From positions 106,082,001 to 106,146,000 of the forward strand of contig CM126210.1 in assembly GCA_052327205.1 (NCBI GenBank): a DNA stretch of 64,000 bases, in the 5' to 3' direction. The notes under the pieces were generated by a model. The model searched no databases. It was not told where the DNA came from and saw nothing but the letters and a program-made list of their open reading frames with translations. Made by a program: the position numbers and the translations under genes. Shown here one piece after another: positions 37,850 through 50,316 of the stretch. Position 1 is the first letter of the stretch; the number at the start of each line of letters is the position of its first letter. This DNA comes from Somniosus microcephalus (taxonomy: Eukaryota).

Positions 37850-40800
37850 GTGATCGCAAAGGAAGATCACCGAACCATTTGGGTCACCTTCATGATAGCA
37901 GGGTCCCCAGTAAAGATGGAATTGGACACAGGATCAGCCCTAACTGTCATGAATCGACGAGACTATGAGCGGCTATTCTCACACATACCCTTAAAGGACA
38001 CGTCCATTGTATTGAAGACATACACGGGGCAAAAGGTCTACCCCAGAGGAAAAATAAGGGTGCCAGTTAAATATAACGGCAAGGAAACACAGAAACTATA
38101 TATGTATATACTACGAGATGGTGGACCACCATTATTGGGACGTGAATGGATCCGAAAAATACAATTGGATTGGCATTCCATTCTGGCGCTAACTGTGACT
38201 GACAAAAAGGATGATGACGTCGCACCTGGACGTCTGTCACAAATTCTATCTGACGCGGAAGAGGTGTTCCAACAAGGACTTGGGACTCTAAAAGGAGTAA
38301 AGGCAACCATAAAGATTGAGGATAACGCAACCCCAAAATTTTTCAAGGCCAGACCGGTGCCATATGCGATCCGCCCAGCCGTTGAAGCTGAACTGGAGAG
38401 TCTGGAGCGTTCGGGTGTGCTGTCCAAGGTGGACTGGAGCGAGTGGGCCACACCCATCGTTCCTGTAATGAAGAAAGCATTGAGCAGCACGCCTGGGGAG
38501 CCAAGGAAGGTTCGCATCTGTGGGGACTTCAAGGTGACTGTGAACCCAGTTCTGCACACAGTACAGTATACACTTCCGCGGATAGAAAATATTTTCACCT
38601 CACTATCTGGAGGGAAACGTTTTACAAAGATTGATCTGGCTCAAGCGTATCTACAAATGGAGGTGGAAGAAGCATCTAGGAAGTACCTCACGATAAACAC
38701 TCACAAAGGCCTTTACCAGTACAATCGACTGGTATTCGGGGTAGCATCGGCCCCGGCTATTTGGCAGAGGGCAATGGAACAAGTCCTGCAAGGGATCCCA
38801 GGGACCCAGTGTTATTTGGACGACATCCTGGTTACGGGCGAAAATGACAATGAACACCTTGCCAACCTGGAGCAGGTGCTCACGAGATTGCAGGAATATG
38901 GGCTACGAGCCAACCGCCCCAAATGCGAGTTCTTCAGGAGACAAATCTCGTATTGTGGCCACATGATTGATGAGGAAGGGTTGCATAAGTCGCCGGACAA
39001 GATTGAGGCTGTAGTCAAGGCTCCAGCACCGGAAAATGTGTCGCAACTGAGGTCGTTCCTCGGGTTGGTGAACTACTACCATAAGTAGTTGTCGAATTTA
39101 TCTACAATTCTGCACCCACTGAACGCCCTGCTTCAAACTGGAGTAACATGGAAATGGAGTCATGAGTGTAAGCGTGCCTTTCAGGAATGTAAATGCCTAA
39201 TCACTTCAAAAGAAGTATTGGCCCACTACAACCCAACATTACCGATTCGGTTGGCATGTGATGCGTCACCTTACGGCATTGGAGCGGTGCTGTCACACAA
39301 ATTCTGTGACGGTTCAGAGAGGCCAATAGCCTTTGCATCGCACTCGCTAACCTCAGCCGAGCGTAACTACGCCCAGATTGACAGGGAGGCCCTCAGCCTG
39401 GTGTGGGGGGTGAAGAAGTTCAATCACTATCTGCACGGGCAGAAATTCACCCTACTGACTGATCATCAGCCCTGGTCTCAATTTTTAACCCAAAGAAGGG
39501 CGTTCCGGTGATGACGGCGCAACGGCTGCAAAGATGGTCACTTTTTCTAGGGGCACATCAGTACGACATAGAGTACAAAGGTACGAAACAGCATGGAAAC
39601 GCTGATGGGCTGTCGCGCCTACCGTTGCCTACGGTGGAAGAAGCACCTGCAGTGGACCCTGTGGAGATATTCCATGCGACCATAGTCGAATGTTTGCCTG
39701 TTACAAACGCAAGTATTGAGAAGGAAACCCGAAATGACCCGACACTCTCTCGGGTCTATGATTTGATGGTGAAGGGATGGTCAGCATATGGCGACTCACT
39801 GTTGCCAGCATTCTCGCCAAGGAGAGAACAGCTGTCAGTGTGCCGGGGAACCTTGATGTGTGGATCCCGAGTGGTAATTCCACCCAAGTTGAGAGATAGA
39901 GTACTCAATGAGCTTCACGAGGGTCATCTGGGAGGGGTAAAAATGAAGAGCCCAGCCATGGCGTTTGTGTGGTGGCCGGGAATCGATAAAGAAATCGAGG
40001 ATATGACCAAGAGATGCACAGGATGCCAGAAGGTCCAAAACGCTCCACCACAGGCCCCGCTACATCCATGGGAGTGGCCCTCATCTCCATGGCAACGGGG
40101 CAGGGTACACATTGATTTTGCTGGTCCATTTATGGACTCAATGTTTCTAATCGCTGTGGACGCCCATTCGAAATGGCCAGAGGTCATTAAAATGTCCTCC
40201 ACCACCACGGAGAAAACTATTGCAGTCCTAAGGACCATCTTCGCCAGGAATGGGTTGCCAGAACAGAATTGCTCCGACAATGGGCCATAGTTTGTGTCTG
40301 AGGATTTCCGGAGGTTCCTGAAGAATAATGGTGTGAAACATTACACATCTGCCCCATATCATCCAGCCACAAATGGATTGGCTGAGAGGTTTGTTCAGAC
40401 CTTTAAAAAGACCATAAAGGCAATGTATAATGACGACATACCACTACAACACAAGGTGGATAATTTCTTGTTTGCTTACCGGAATGCGACACATGCAGTA
40501 ACCAACCAAACTCCAGCCGTACTGTTTTTCAACCGAAGACTAAGATGTCGCTTGGATTTGCTCAAACCAAACATAAGACGAGATGTTGAGGATAAGCAGT
40601 TCCAGCACATAAATGAGAAGCCAACCAGGAGCTTCAAGATAGGGCAACCAGTCTTGGCCCGCGACTACCGAACAGAAAAATGGTAGCCTGGAACGATATG
40701 CACACAGCAGGGACCACTAATGTACACAGTGGACGTTGGAGAGAGAATCGTGAGACGCCATGCTGACCAGATTCTAGAGTCACAGGAACAAGCCAAACCT

Positions 40801-40992
40801 ATACCACAAGCAGGTGCACCTGGTAATGAGCCCGAAGTACAGATTGCGTCTACCTCAGAAGCAGGGGTATTGGAAGCTGACGAACCAACCAATGACAATG
40901 AGCCAGAATCGACTCCACCGCAAGAACAGGATACTCGAGAAAGGCGCTATCCAGTCAGGATCAGGAAGCCTCCTCAAAGACTGAACTTATAA
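37850..40992 (+). pseudogene. pol: Pol (protease, RT, RNase H, integrase), disrupted
   Basis: LDTGS, YLDD, CDASPYGIGAVL, H..H..C..C, HIDFAGP, SDNGP, NGLAER; stops at 39086, 40288 and 40684; frameshift near 39475. Confidence 0.95.
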
Positions 40993-43017
40993 ATGACTAT
41001 TTCAGTTGATGTATATAGTACCAAGAAAATTGTAATTGTAATTAGTTATTATTTAGTTGTTAAATGAATGTTATGTACTGTTTATCTAAAAGGGGAGGAA
41101 TTGTTGTGTATGTACCTTTAAGGGAATAACTGGTTTTAGACTGCAGTACCGGCAGTGACCACCCCTGTATAAAAGGCCCTAGCAGGCTTCTGTATTTCAG
41201 TCTGACGTTGCCTCCTGTTCAGTAAAGTACCTGTTAAACTGTTCTCCCGAAGTCCGTGTATTATTGAGGCGCGGACTTTACACCTACCTAACCCACTCCC
41301 CGCTATCAGAAACCTGTCATGAGGCCTCCGATCCCCACCATGAGGCATCCCCCCACCGCCACCCCACTGATGATGCTGAGGCCAGCCACAATCCTCCGGT
41401 TGCTGGCCCTGATCCTCTGGCCCCCGACCCCCATTCCTGATCCCCAACCCAGCCCATACTGATCCCCCCAGTCCCCAGCCAACACCCCCAATCCTCCAAC
41501 CCCCTCCCGATCCCCAGCTGATCCTCCAACTCCCTCCCGATCCCCGACCCCCTGACGATCCACCGGCCGACCCCCCCCCGCCCCCCCCCAGCCGACCATG
41601 CCGATACCCCCCCTGACCCCCAACCGTACTGACACCCGCCCAACTGATCTGTGACTATGCCGACACCGCAATTCCTCCCCCAGACCATCCCCTTGCATCT
41701 GAGGCCTAGGATTCCCACCCGCAGCCAGCCAGCCTCTCAATCTGGCTGGCTGCGAGCGGGAATCCAAGGCCTCATATTCAAATCAGGCCCTGCCGTTAAA
41801 GTCAGCAGGCCCTGTGGGAAACCCAGCTTACCGGGTTTCCCGCCCACCTCAGAGGCCACCGGCCCCAACCCGCCTCCTTTGAGAAAATTCCGACCATTAT
41901 TTCTCATTCTGTACCTGATTTTACTCTACTTCATCCTTCTTCTCTGCCATTCCTGTTTTTTACTCAATACTTAAATCTCATTGGTTAAGGAGATACATTG
42001 TTGGTCCTGTGCCTCACTAAGGTCCCAGATGCCCCGTTGCACTCGTCGCACCATTATCAGCTTGCACTTCCAGCAAGTTACAGCGCAAAACTTTTTTGAG
42101 CTGAAGAGTGCAGGAAAAATCCAACTAATGGTACATGCCGCATGATGCCCAGCTCCAGCAAGATTTGGCCTCATGTCTTTGTTTTCACTGGAAAATCTTT
42201 GCTACTGGTTTTTCTAAACGATTGTACTATAGTATTAGTTTAACTGTTTTGATTGCCATCTGGGCTGAAGCTTAATCATTAAGTTCCAAACCAATAGTGC
42301 TTAACACACAAAACATACCTTCAGTTGTTGGGTCCTAGCATCAAACGAGTAGCTGTCAGCATGGTGTGAGAACAACAATGCTACCTTCATAAAAAACTTG
42401 TTCTTCTAGAATAAAAACTGATTGGTACAGGGGAGACAGTCTACACTTAAACCAATTAGGGACAAAGAAACTTGTGAGGAACATTGAGACAGCAATCGAA
42501 AATCATTCCTGCTTCTGTGGCCCCCAAGGAATCCTACCGAAGATTTAAAAATATTACTTACCTTGGGCATCCTGCCAGGTTTCTCTGGCAGGTTTGATAC
42601 CAGATGGGCCTCCCTCTACCTGAGTCATCGCATATCTAACATCACAGCGCCAATTACATCATCGGGCTGCTACTTTTAAATTTAAATTGAGCCCCCACCC
42701 AGCTGCAGCAGGAGTCTCAGCCAACTTCAAAGTCAGCGAAGATGAAATATCACCGGGTAGGAATGGTGCGGCATTGGGCTAGTAAGTGGACTCGGCTGAA
42801 TTTAACACTTTCCATGCACAGTTCCCGCTGGGCAATCGGCGGGGGGGGGGTGGTGGTTCAGAACCAACTCCATTGTTTATTTTTAGTAAAACACTATTAG
42901 TAGTTGTGAGATAAAAACTACATTTTGTATTAATTTAACTTCAAGAAACATAAAAGCAACTAGTGTGTTCCATTGTAGAGTCCAAAGTAAGTCCATAAAC
43001 ACTACGGCAAACTTACT

Positions 43018-43765
43018 GGCCCAGACTTTGCAGTCAGCGGTGAACAAACGGCGCTAATCATTCATTACGCTTACACTTGCCCATAGACTTTCTGTGGGCT
43101 TTTGCACTGCGACTTGCGGGGATTAGGAATCTAAAGCAGCGTGGTGCCCTTTACAGGGGATCTGGGACCTGTGTGATCAGGAAAAGCAACAGTGTGTCTC
43201 CTTAACCAACCAGATTGAAGATTCCTTACTGAGCCACACAGAGTCTAAACCAGGAAGTGTAAGTTAGAATATATAATTCAATGCCAAATCATGTACAGAA
43301 AGCAAAATAAAGAGAGGGAAAGGAAGATGCAATTAAGAGAGAGAGATAGAAGAGACAAAAAGAAAAATATTTAATTTTTTTATCTCCAACAATAATTAAA
43401 ACCTGGAGGACTGAGACTCCATACTTTTAAAAGTAACTTTTCAGTGCCAGAGAGGTTGTTTTGCAGTAATTAAGACTTATCATGCCGTTACAAATTCACT
43501 TAAACTTGAGTGGACAAGCCCTAACTTTTTCTGGTGTGTTTAATGGGTATATAGTAAGTAAGTACAGCAACTTCACGCCCTTCATGTATTTGAATGCCAC
43601 GTCTCTCGGCGAGCTACTGTTTGAACGAGGCTTTTGGAGGAGCATCTTCCTGATTTCCGCGTTTAACAGAGCATGTCCAGATGCCGAAAATTGCTGTCCG
43701 ATTCACTCCTTAATAACGGTGAGCACTGATAGCCTCACCGTTATTCTTACTGTAAAATTAGGGCC
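43018..43765. mobile_element. Degraded Harbinger-type MITE
   Basis: GGCCCAGACTTTGCAGT / ACTGTAAAATTAGGGCC imperfect TIR. Confidence 0.55.
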
Positions 43766-45199
43766 ATAATGGTTTCTAATACTCGTGATTAGGAAACTGA
43801 ATGAACTTCATTAGTTATCTCATGCTTTGCACAGGATGTTGTATATTGGTACCACATTATGATGTACTTATTTGAAGGTAAAATCATGATTCACTTTCTC
43901 TGCTATGTATTAAAAATGTCAACACAATATTTCCTCAACGTTAATTTTGTTGCATACATTCAATGCCACAAAGTTATTTCACTCAAATTACTATTGATAA
44001 CGTTGTAAGGCCCATTTTAGTTAATCAACAAGAATTAATGGTTTTAAAGATATACCATCTGTACTGTATTTTGTCACCTTTAACTTGTTTTTGTATTAAA
44101 TTACTTTCATGTAAATAAATTCTTGATATTCCACAAAATAGTGTTTTTATATGCAAGATATCATGTGGACATAAAATAATTTGCTGAAATACTCCATGCA
44201 TACAAAAGCCAAGCTGAAGAAAAGTTATTTCCTAGTTCTCCGTTATAAATAAGACGTTTGATAATATGTAACTAAGCATACGCTGTTGTTTTCTAATTTA
44301 TGTTTTAAATGCAGCTATGTAACGCAGAGGAGTAAGAAGCTTTTCATCTTCTGAATAGAATGTTTTGACTTTAAACTCAATAGACATATCTTTTTAGATA
44401 TACAAATCCACACATATACTAGTAGGAATAAAATAATGAAACTAGAATCAATAGGAAGGATTTGAATTTACCCACTGTGTAGGAGATGTGTTGTTCCATG
44501 TATATTTAAGTCAGTCATGCACTTCTATGAGACAAGAATATAAGAAAATAAACGTGTCTTTCAGTTTGCTTCATGCTGATCAAGGCATGAAATATATAAA
44601 AACAATCATTTTGATTTAGCTGTCATTGAGGCTAGAACTCATTTGTTACTGTAGACTTACCTCAGCTACTTTAATATGTAATAGCCACACTGTTCTGTAA
44701 AATATTATCTGAATGGTTTAGGAAACATTTGTGTACTGGCCGCGCTGGACGTGCTCCTATCTAGCTATCCAGCAAGTTAAACACTCATTCAAAAATAATT
44801 CTTCTGAAGCGGTTGCTGTTTTGAAGCTTTTACTTGAACAAATTTGTGAAACTGTAAACAAAGACAAAGTATGTTTTGTACATAAACTGAGTACTATACA
44901 TTCGATATTACATAAGATATAAACATATTTACAACAGTAGAATAGGCTAATTGTATAACTAACTAACATTTGAACTAACTTCTGTAACTATTAAATATTA
45001 ACCTTTTATAAACATAGTATTATCAAAATACTACTCTGACAACATTGCTATTATGCTAAGAACCAAAGATACTCACAGATATTGCGCTTGGCCTAACATA
45101 TGAAATCAGATTACGTTGGATTGTAAATGGAACCTCTCATGGCAGATTCTCCATTACTCAAGTCAGGTTCTTCCTGGCAAAACTGCTTCCTGGGGTCAA

Positions 45200-45292
45200 C
45201 AGGAAGAAAGGTAGGAAGGTCAAATGACCTCTCACAGGAAGAAAGGAACAAAGGTCAAATGACCTCACACAGGAAGAAAGATCAGATGACCT
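45200..45292 (+). repeat. 35-bp tandem repeat, about 2.6 units, containing the AGGTCA-AA-TGACCT palindrome
   Basis: Units start at 45200, 45235 and 45270. Confidence 0.8.
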
Positions 45293-45321
45293 TTCCAGCA
45301 TACAAACTGTTAACACAATAA

Positions 45322-45340
45322 CCGCCACCAGAGGGTGCTA
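45322..45340 (+). promoter_or_regulatory. Candidate CTCF binding site
   Basis: CCGCCACCAGAGGGTGCTA vs CTCF core CCACCAGGGGGCGCTA; motif match only. Confidence 0.55.
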
Positions 45341-45857
45341 TTGCATGTAAAAATGTCCAGAATGTCACATAATGTCCATCGGTCCAGAACAATTTGCATT
45401 GTTATTTGAGTTTTTATCAGGAAAGTAACAGATGAGAATTTTAGTGTATCAGGAGTAACGATGCTTGTTAAATTTGTAAAGTTTAGTATTATCTTTCCAA
45501 TTGCATTTTATTTTGCCATGGTGCTGTATAAACAAACTAACCTAAGTTTGGATTTTCAGGGTGATTCAGCAAGAATTGACCCTACTTCAGGAAATTTGAC
45601 CCTTAATTCAAGACAATTATAGCTATCCCGCATTCAATCAGAAAATGTTTCCTACTGCTTGTAAATTGCTGGTTCCAGGTCAGAAGAACTCCTCATGAAA
45701 TGACTGCCTTTTTTTGATTGTGTTGCATTTCTAAAAAAGTATGACACTTTGAAGAGTAACATCTTGAGTGTGTAAGAAGTGCACTGGGCACAAGACTTTT
45801 ATATGAATACTAGTGAATATCCTGTGGCATTACTCAAGATGAATTGCAGGAGACATA

Positions 45858-47525
45858 GGGGTTAAATTGGGCCATGTAGTGCCCAATTTTTAGGCGCTAC
45901 CTAAGGTTCAAATGGTGTCTAAAATGCGCGTGCACACTTCCGATGGGAAGTGCGCAGGATGCCATTTTGGTAAAGAGGGTTTGCACACATGCGCCGAATG
46001 ACCGCCAGCAGCATGCAGAGCAGCAAGATCATAACACAAATCAGTGTGCAGTGCTGATTTTAAGCCAGTGCTGCCATTTTGGAACTTAACGCTCCAGCCA
46101 ACACTCTGTCTTAATCTTGCATAGCTGAACACGATGTTAAACGGCATCAAGGACCCCCACCAGCGCTATTTAAAGGGATCATGAAGTACTTACTTGGCTA
46201 AAGTTTACTCTACAGGGTGTGGCCTAGCTGGTCTTGCAGTAGTTTTGTGTAATTTAAAATATTGTGGTGAAAGTAGTTGCTTCCAGACATGAGTGGCCTG
46301 GTCGGGCTTCCTGTGGGAATTGAACATCACCAGGAGAATGAAGAGAGGCCACACAGAGTAAGATAAGCTACTAGAAGAGGGAGGAGGAGGATGGGGAGCA
46401 GCGCACTCAGCAGGTGGCCATATCCACGGATGGTCTTCAGGGAGCAATTCTCTTACCTCAACGTCAGCGAGGACCAGTGCATGAGACATCCTCAGTTCAA
46501 AATGGAGATCATGACTGAAATCTGCCAACTGCTCAGCCACATCTGCAACCTCAAAGCAGGGCAAGGACAACATTGTCTGTTGCTGTCAAGGTGACCGTGG
46601 CTCTTAATTTTTATGCCTCTAGCTCCTTTCAGGCTGCTGTTGGAGATATAAGCAACATCTCTGTATAAGGGAGGTCACTGAGGCTCCCTATACAATGAGA
46701 AACACATCTTATTTTGCATGGATTGCAGGCTCTCATGGTATAGGGTGCCATTGACTGCATGCACATTGCCTTGCATGCTCCTCATCTGAACTATTCATCA
46801 ACTGAAAGGGATTCCACTCCCTCATTGTGCAGCTGGTGTGCGACCACAGGCAGCGCATCATGCAAGTGAATGCCAGTTATCCTGGCAGCAATCGTGATTC
46901 TTTCATTCTGTGGCAGTTGAACCAACACGGCAAGTCAAAGGCTGATTACTGGGTGACAAGGGTTATCCCCTTAGGACATAGCTCACGACTCCGGTCAGGA
47001 ACCCAAACACATGCACAGCAGACCTACAATGAGAGCGATGCAGCCACAAGGAACATTATAGAGCACACCATCGGCGTCCTCAAGCAACGCTCCCGCTGCC
47101 TGGCCCTCTGGAGGAGCCCTGCAGTACTCAGCTGAGTGGGTATCGAGATTTCTGGTAGTATGTTGCTTGCTGCACAACATGGAACAGACTTTGCCACCGC
47201 CTATCAGGCAAGAAGCTGAGGTGCAGGAGCATGAGCAAGAGGAGGAGGAAATGGAGGAGGAAGTGCAAGAGGAAGTGGAGGAAGAGGAAGGGACGCTACA
47301 ACATAGACAGCCCCTTTTGCCTGTGCTCTACATGATCAGATTATTCATAAATGATACTAGTAACCTTAACTACACCTCCCCATTCACCAACAGTCCCACA
47401 CTGCTTACCTTTCCTCCATCACTGATCATCACATATCTTTCTGAGAACACATATTGGTTCCTCCCTCAGTTCATTGCAGAAATAAAAACCACCACCAAAT
47501 GTGAATTCAAATCCAAATTTGGTGT
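45858..47525 (+). mobile_element. Degraded Harbinger with HARBI1-type transposase remnants
   Basis: GAIDCMHI at about 46745; QLVCDHRQRIMQVNASYPGS.RDSFIL; TRNIIEHTIGVLKQR; acidic tail; many frameshifts; ends uncertain. Confidence 0.75.
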
Positions 47526-48818
47526 ATAATTTGTGCAATGGAGTGATGAGATGTGTCTGTTCCTGCAATTACAATGCAAAACTCCCAGTCCCAGCCATGC
47601 TGTCACAGGGAGATATTGAGTGAAGATTAGCTATTGCCTCACAGAGGAGCTCTCAGTAGAGCTATCAACTTCCCCAGAAATGCTGCACCCATTATTTTTA
47701 AGTGAGTTAATAATTCCTCTTCTCCCATTAATCATCAAGTGTGGGGAAAATGTCCTTCCTGTTCATTGCTTCTCGCGCTTGGTACCTTGTTCACACCTCC
47801 TCCTTCCATTGCTCTGATAGGAAACTTCCAATTTCCACATTTTTACTCTTATTGTAGTGGTACTAATGTCAGCAGTTTGGTAAGACTAATGTCCTATATA
47901 AATCAAACTTTCTTGTTTTTCTTGTCAGCATGTCATGCCTGATCTAATGCAAGGCCTACTGCAGTTGACCCATTATATCTGAACAGCTGAAATTGTACCC
48001 CGGGGTGGACAAACCTAGTAAGATAGCAGTTGCAAACAGCACCTTCCACTCAGTCTACATAATCCATTTGAAAAACAATCTGTATGTCATTACTGTGGTT
48101 TACAGACACGAGGAAAATATTTATTTAAAGCATTTCTTCCCTCAGGGGATACACGTACAAATTTTCTAGACGATTGTAGGATTAGAGAATGGATGCTGAC
48201 TTCAAAACTCATCAACCATGAAACAATAACAGAGGATGTTTCCAAAGGAAGTAGATTTTAATGGCAAATTATCTTATCACAGCTTTTGATGCATTGGGGT
48301 CGATTTTAACTGAGCCGTGGAGGCGGGCTTTGAGGCGTGCGGGGGGGGGTTAAAATCGCTAAAACTGGCGGGCAGGACCCCCCCCCGCCTGGTTCCCGAC
48401 CCCGAGCCATTTTAACCCAGGCCTGTTTGATGGTCCCAAATCCAACAGGCGGGACTGATCTTTAAGGCCCTTAATCAGCAATAATTGGCCTTTATAATGC
48501 CATTTTAACAGGCCCTTGCATTTTTAACCCTTTTCCCACGTAAAACACGCCTGGTGGGGATCACGCCTGTGAAACCTGGCGTGAGCACTATTGGCTTGCT
48601 GACTATCAGCTGCAGGTCAACCATTAAAGAGGAGATTTGATCAGTCATCATTTGCAGGTGGCAGGACTTTGTTGTTTCAGGCCTGGGGCAACTTTTACCA
48701 GGCTTAACCACACCTGTGGAAGGTTGGAGCCTCACACACATCTCCAGTGTGAACTCCTGGGAAACCCCTCTCGCCACCCTCACTCAGCGCTTCCTCAGCG
48801 GAGGCATATGTCAGAAGC

Positions 48819-50060
48819 ATGGGAGCCATTTTTCTCCTTCCCTTCTTGGCATTAGAGGAGCTCAAGCACTAGGCCTGGCAGCAGCAGAACCAGGAACAAC
48901 AGCAGCACCAGCAGCAGCAGCAGGAGCGACAGGCTGCTGCTCACCCACCTGAGGCAGCACAGGCCAGAAGGGGCCAGCGCATGAAAACCTGTCGGCGCAG
49001 GAGATACCCCCCAAACAGGGTCTACAGATACAGGGTCAGCTACCTCAACATGACTGAGCAGCAGTGCCAAAGGCGGCTCCGACTTTCGTGACAGGTAGTG
49101 ACTGACATCTGCGCAATGATACAGCAAGACCTGCTGCCCAGAGGACCAGGTGGACACTCCTTACCAGTGGCCATCAAAGTCACCACTGCACTCAACTTTT
49201 TTGCCTCAGGCTCATTCCAGGGATCATCAGCAGACATCAGCGGCATCTCCCAGTCGGCCGCACACACTTGCATCACACAGGTAACCGATGCCCTCTTTGC
49301 CCTCGCGCACAATTACATCCATTTCACCAGGGATCGTGCAAATGTGATGGCGCGAGCGGTTGGATTAGCTCATCTGGCAGACTTTCCAAGGGTGCAGGGC
49401 GTCATTGACTGCACACATGTGGCCCTTAGGGCACCCCATCGCAATCCAGGTATTTTTGTCAACCGCAAGGGCTTCCACTCCCTTAACGTTCAGCTGGTGT
49501 GTGACCACAAGAAGGAGATTTTGCATGTTTGTGTCATGTACCCTGGCAGTTGCCATGACTCCTTCATACTGCACCAGTCTAGTGTGCCTCCGCTATTCAG
49601 GCCGCCAGACCAACTTCACGGATGGCTACTTGGAGACAAGGGCTTTCTCCTGAGGACTTGGCTAATGACGCCGTTGAGGAGGCCAGCCAACGAAGCTGAG
49701 GAGTGCTACAACTCCAGCCACATTTCCACCAGATCCATAATCGAGCAAACCATCGGCTTGCTGAAGATGCGCTTCAGATGCCTGGATAGATCAGGTGGAG
49801 CCCTACAGTACTCAGCAGCCAGGGTCTCCAGAATCATCATGGTTTGCTGTGCACTCCAGAACATGGCACACTGTCGTGGCTTGCAGATTCCTGAGGACCA
49901 AGTGGCTCCTCACATACCCTCCTCAGATGATGATGATGATGAGGATGAGGAGGGCGAAAATGAGCATCCCGCAGAGGGCCATCAACCAGCGGCAGCATTA
50001 CGCGAGAACATTGCTGCCCGGGATGCAAGGAACGCACTCATCCTGACCAGATTTGCTTAG
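48819..50060 (+). pseudogene. Harbinger (HARBI1-like) DDE transposase with two in-frame stops
   Basis: In-frame ATG at 48819; TAG at 48870; TGA at 49089; [53 protein letters not shown]. Confidence 0.93.
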
Positions 50061-50316
50061 CCTAGTAAATCAAACTCTTTTGTCTCGCAGCTTCTTACCT
50101 GAGCATCGACAATGGCCAAACCCTGCGGATTCCTAGCTACTTGACCAGCATCCTGACAACTGCAAGTAACCCTAAGCCCTCAATGTGAAAGCCCCATTTG
50201 CAAAATGACACACGCCAGAACTGCAACAGTTGCCATCAGAATTTTTATGCACAAGAACCAACTGATGGCATTTTTACAATATACACAACATTTCACCCAA
50301 GTGACTACCCTTGTGA

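Larger units (their letters stand above)
36266..41282 (+). mobile_element. Gypsy/Ty3 LTR retrotransposon (Mag-like), nearly full length
   Basis: LTRs 36266-36442 and 41102-41282 with 2 differences; PBS TGGCGATGAG; PPT AAAAGGGGAGGAA; gag-PR-RT-RNaseH-IN order. Confidence 0.97.
35998..41895. mobile_element. Harbinger-type MITE hosting the Gypsy insertion
   Basis: GGCCAGAATTTTC / GAAAATTCCGACC imperfect TIR. Confidence 0.6.
35550..42171 (-). mobile_element. Old MITE (related to 43018-43765), split by nested insertions
   Basis: 35550-35997 plus 41896-42171 resemble 43018-43765 in reverse, e.g. TTGGTTAAGGAGATACA vs TGTGTCTCCTTAACCAA. Confidence 0.5.

Noticed and set aside
49098-50060. Domesticated host HARBI1 gene
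   Set aside because: It lies between TIRs with a TSD, has upstream in-frame stops, and has degraded relatives nearby; it is a transposon copy.
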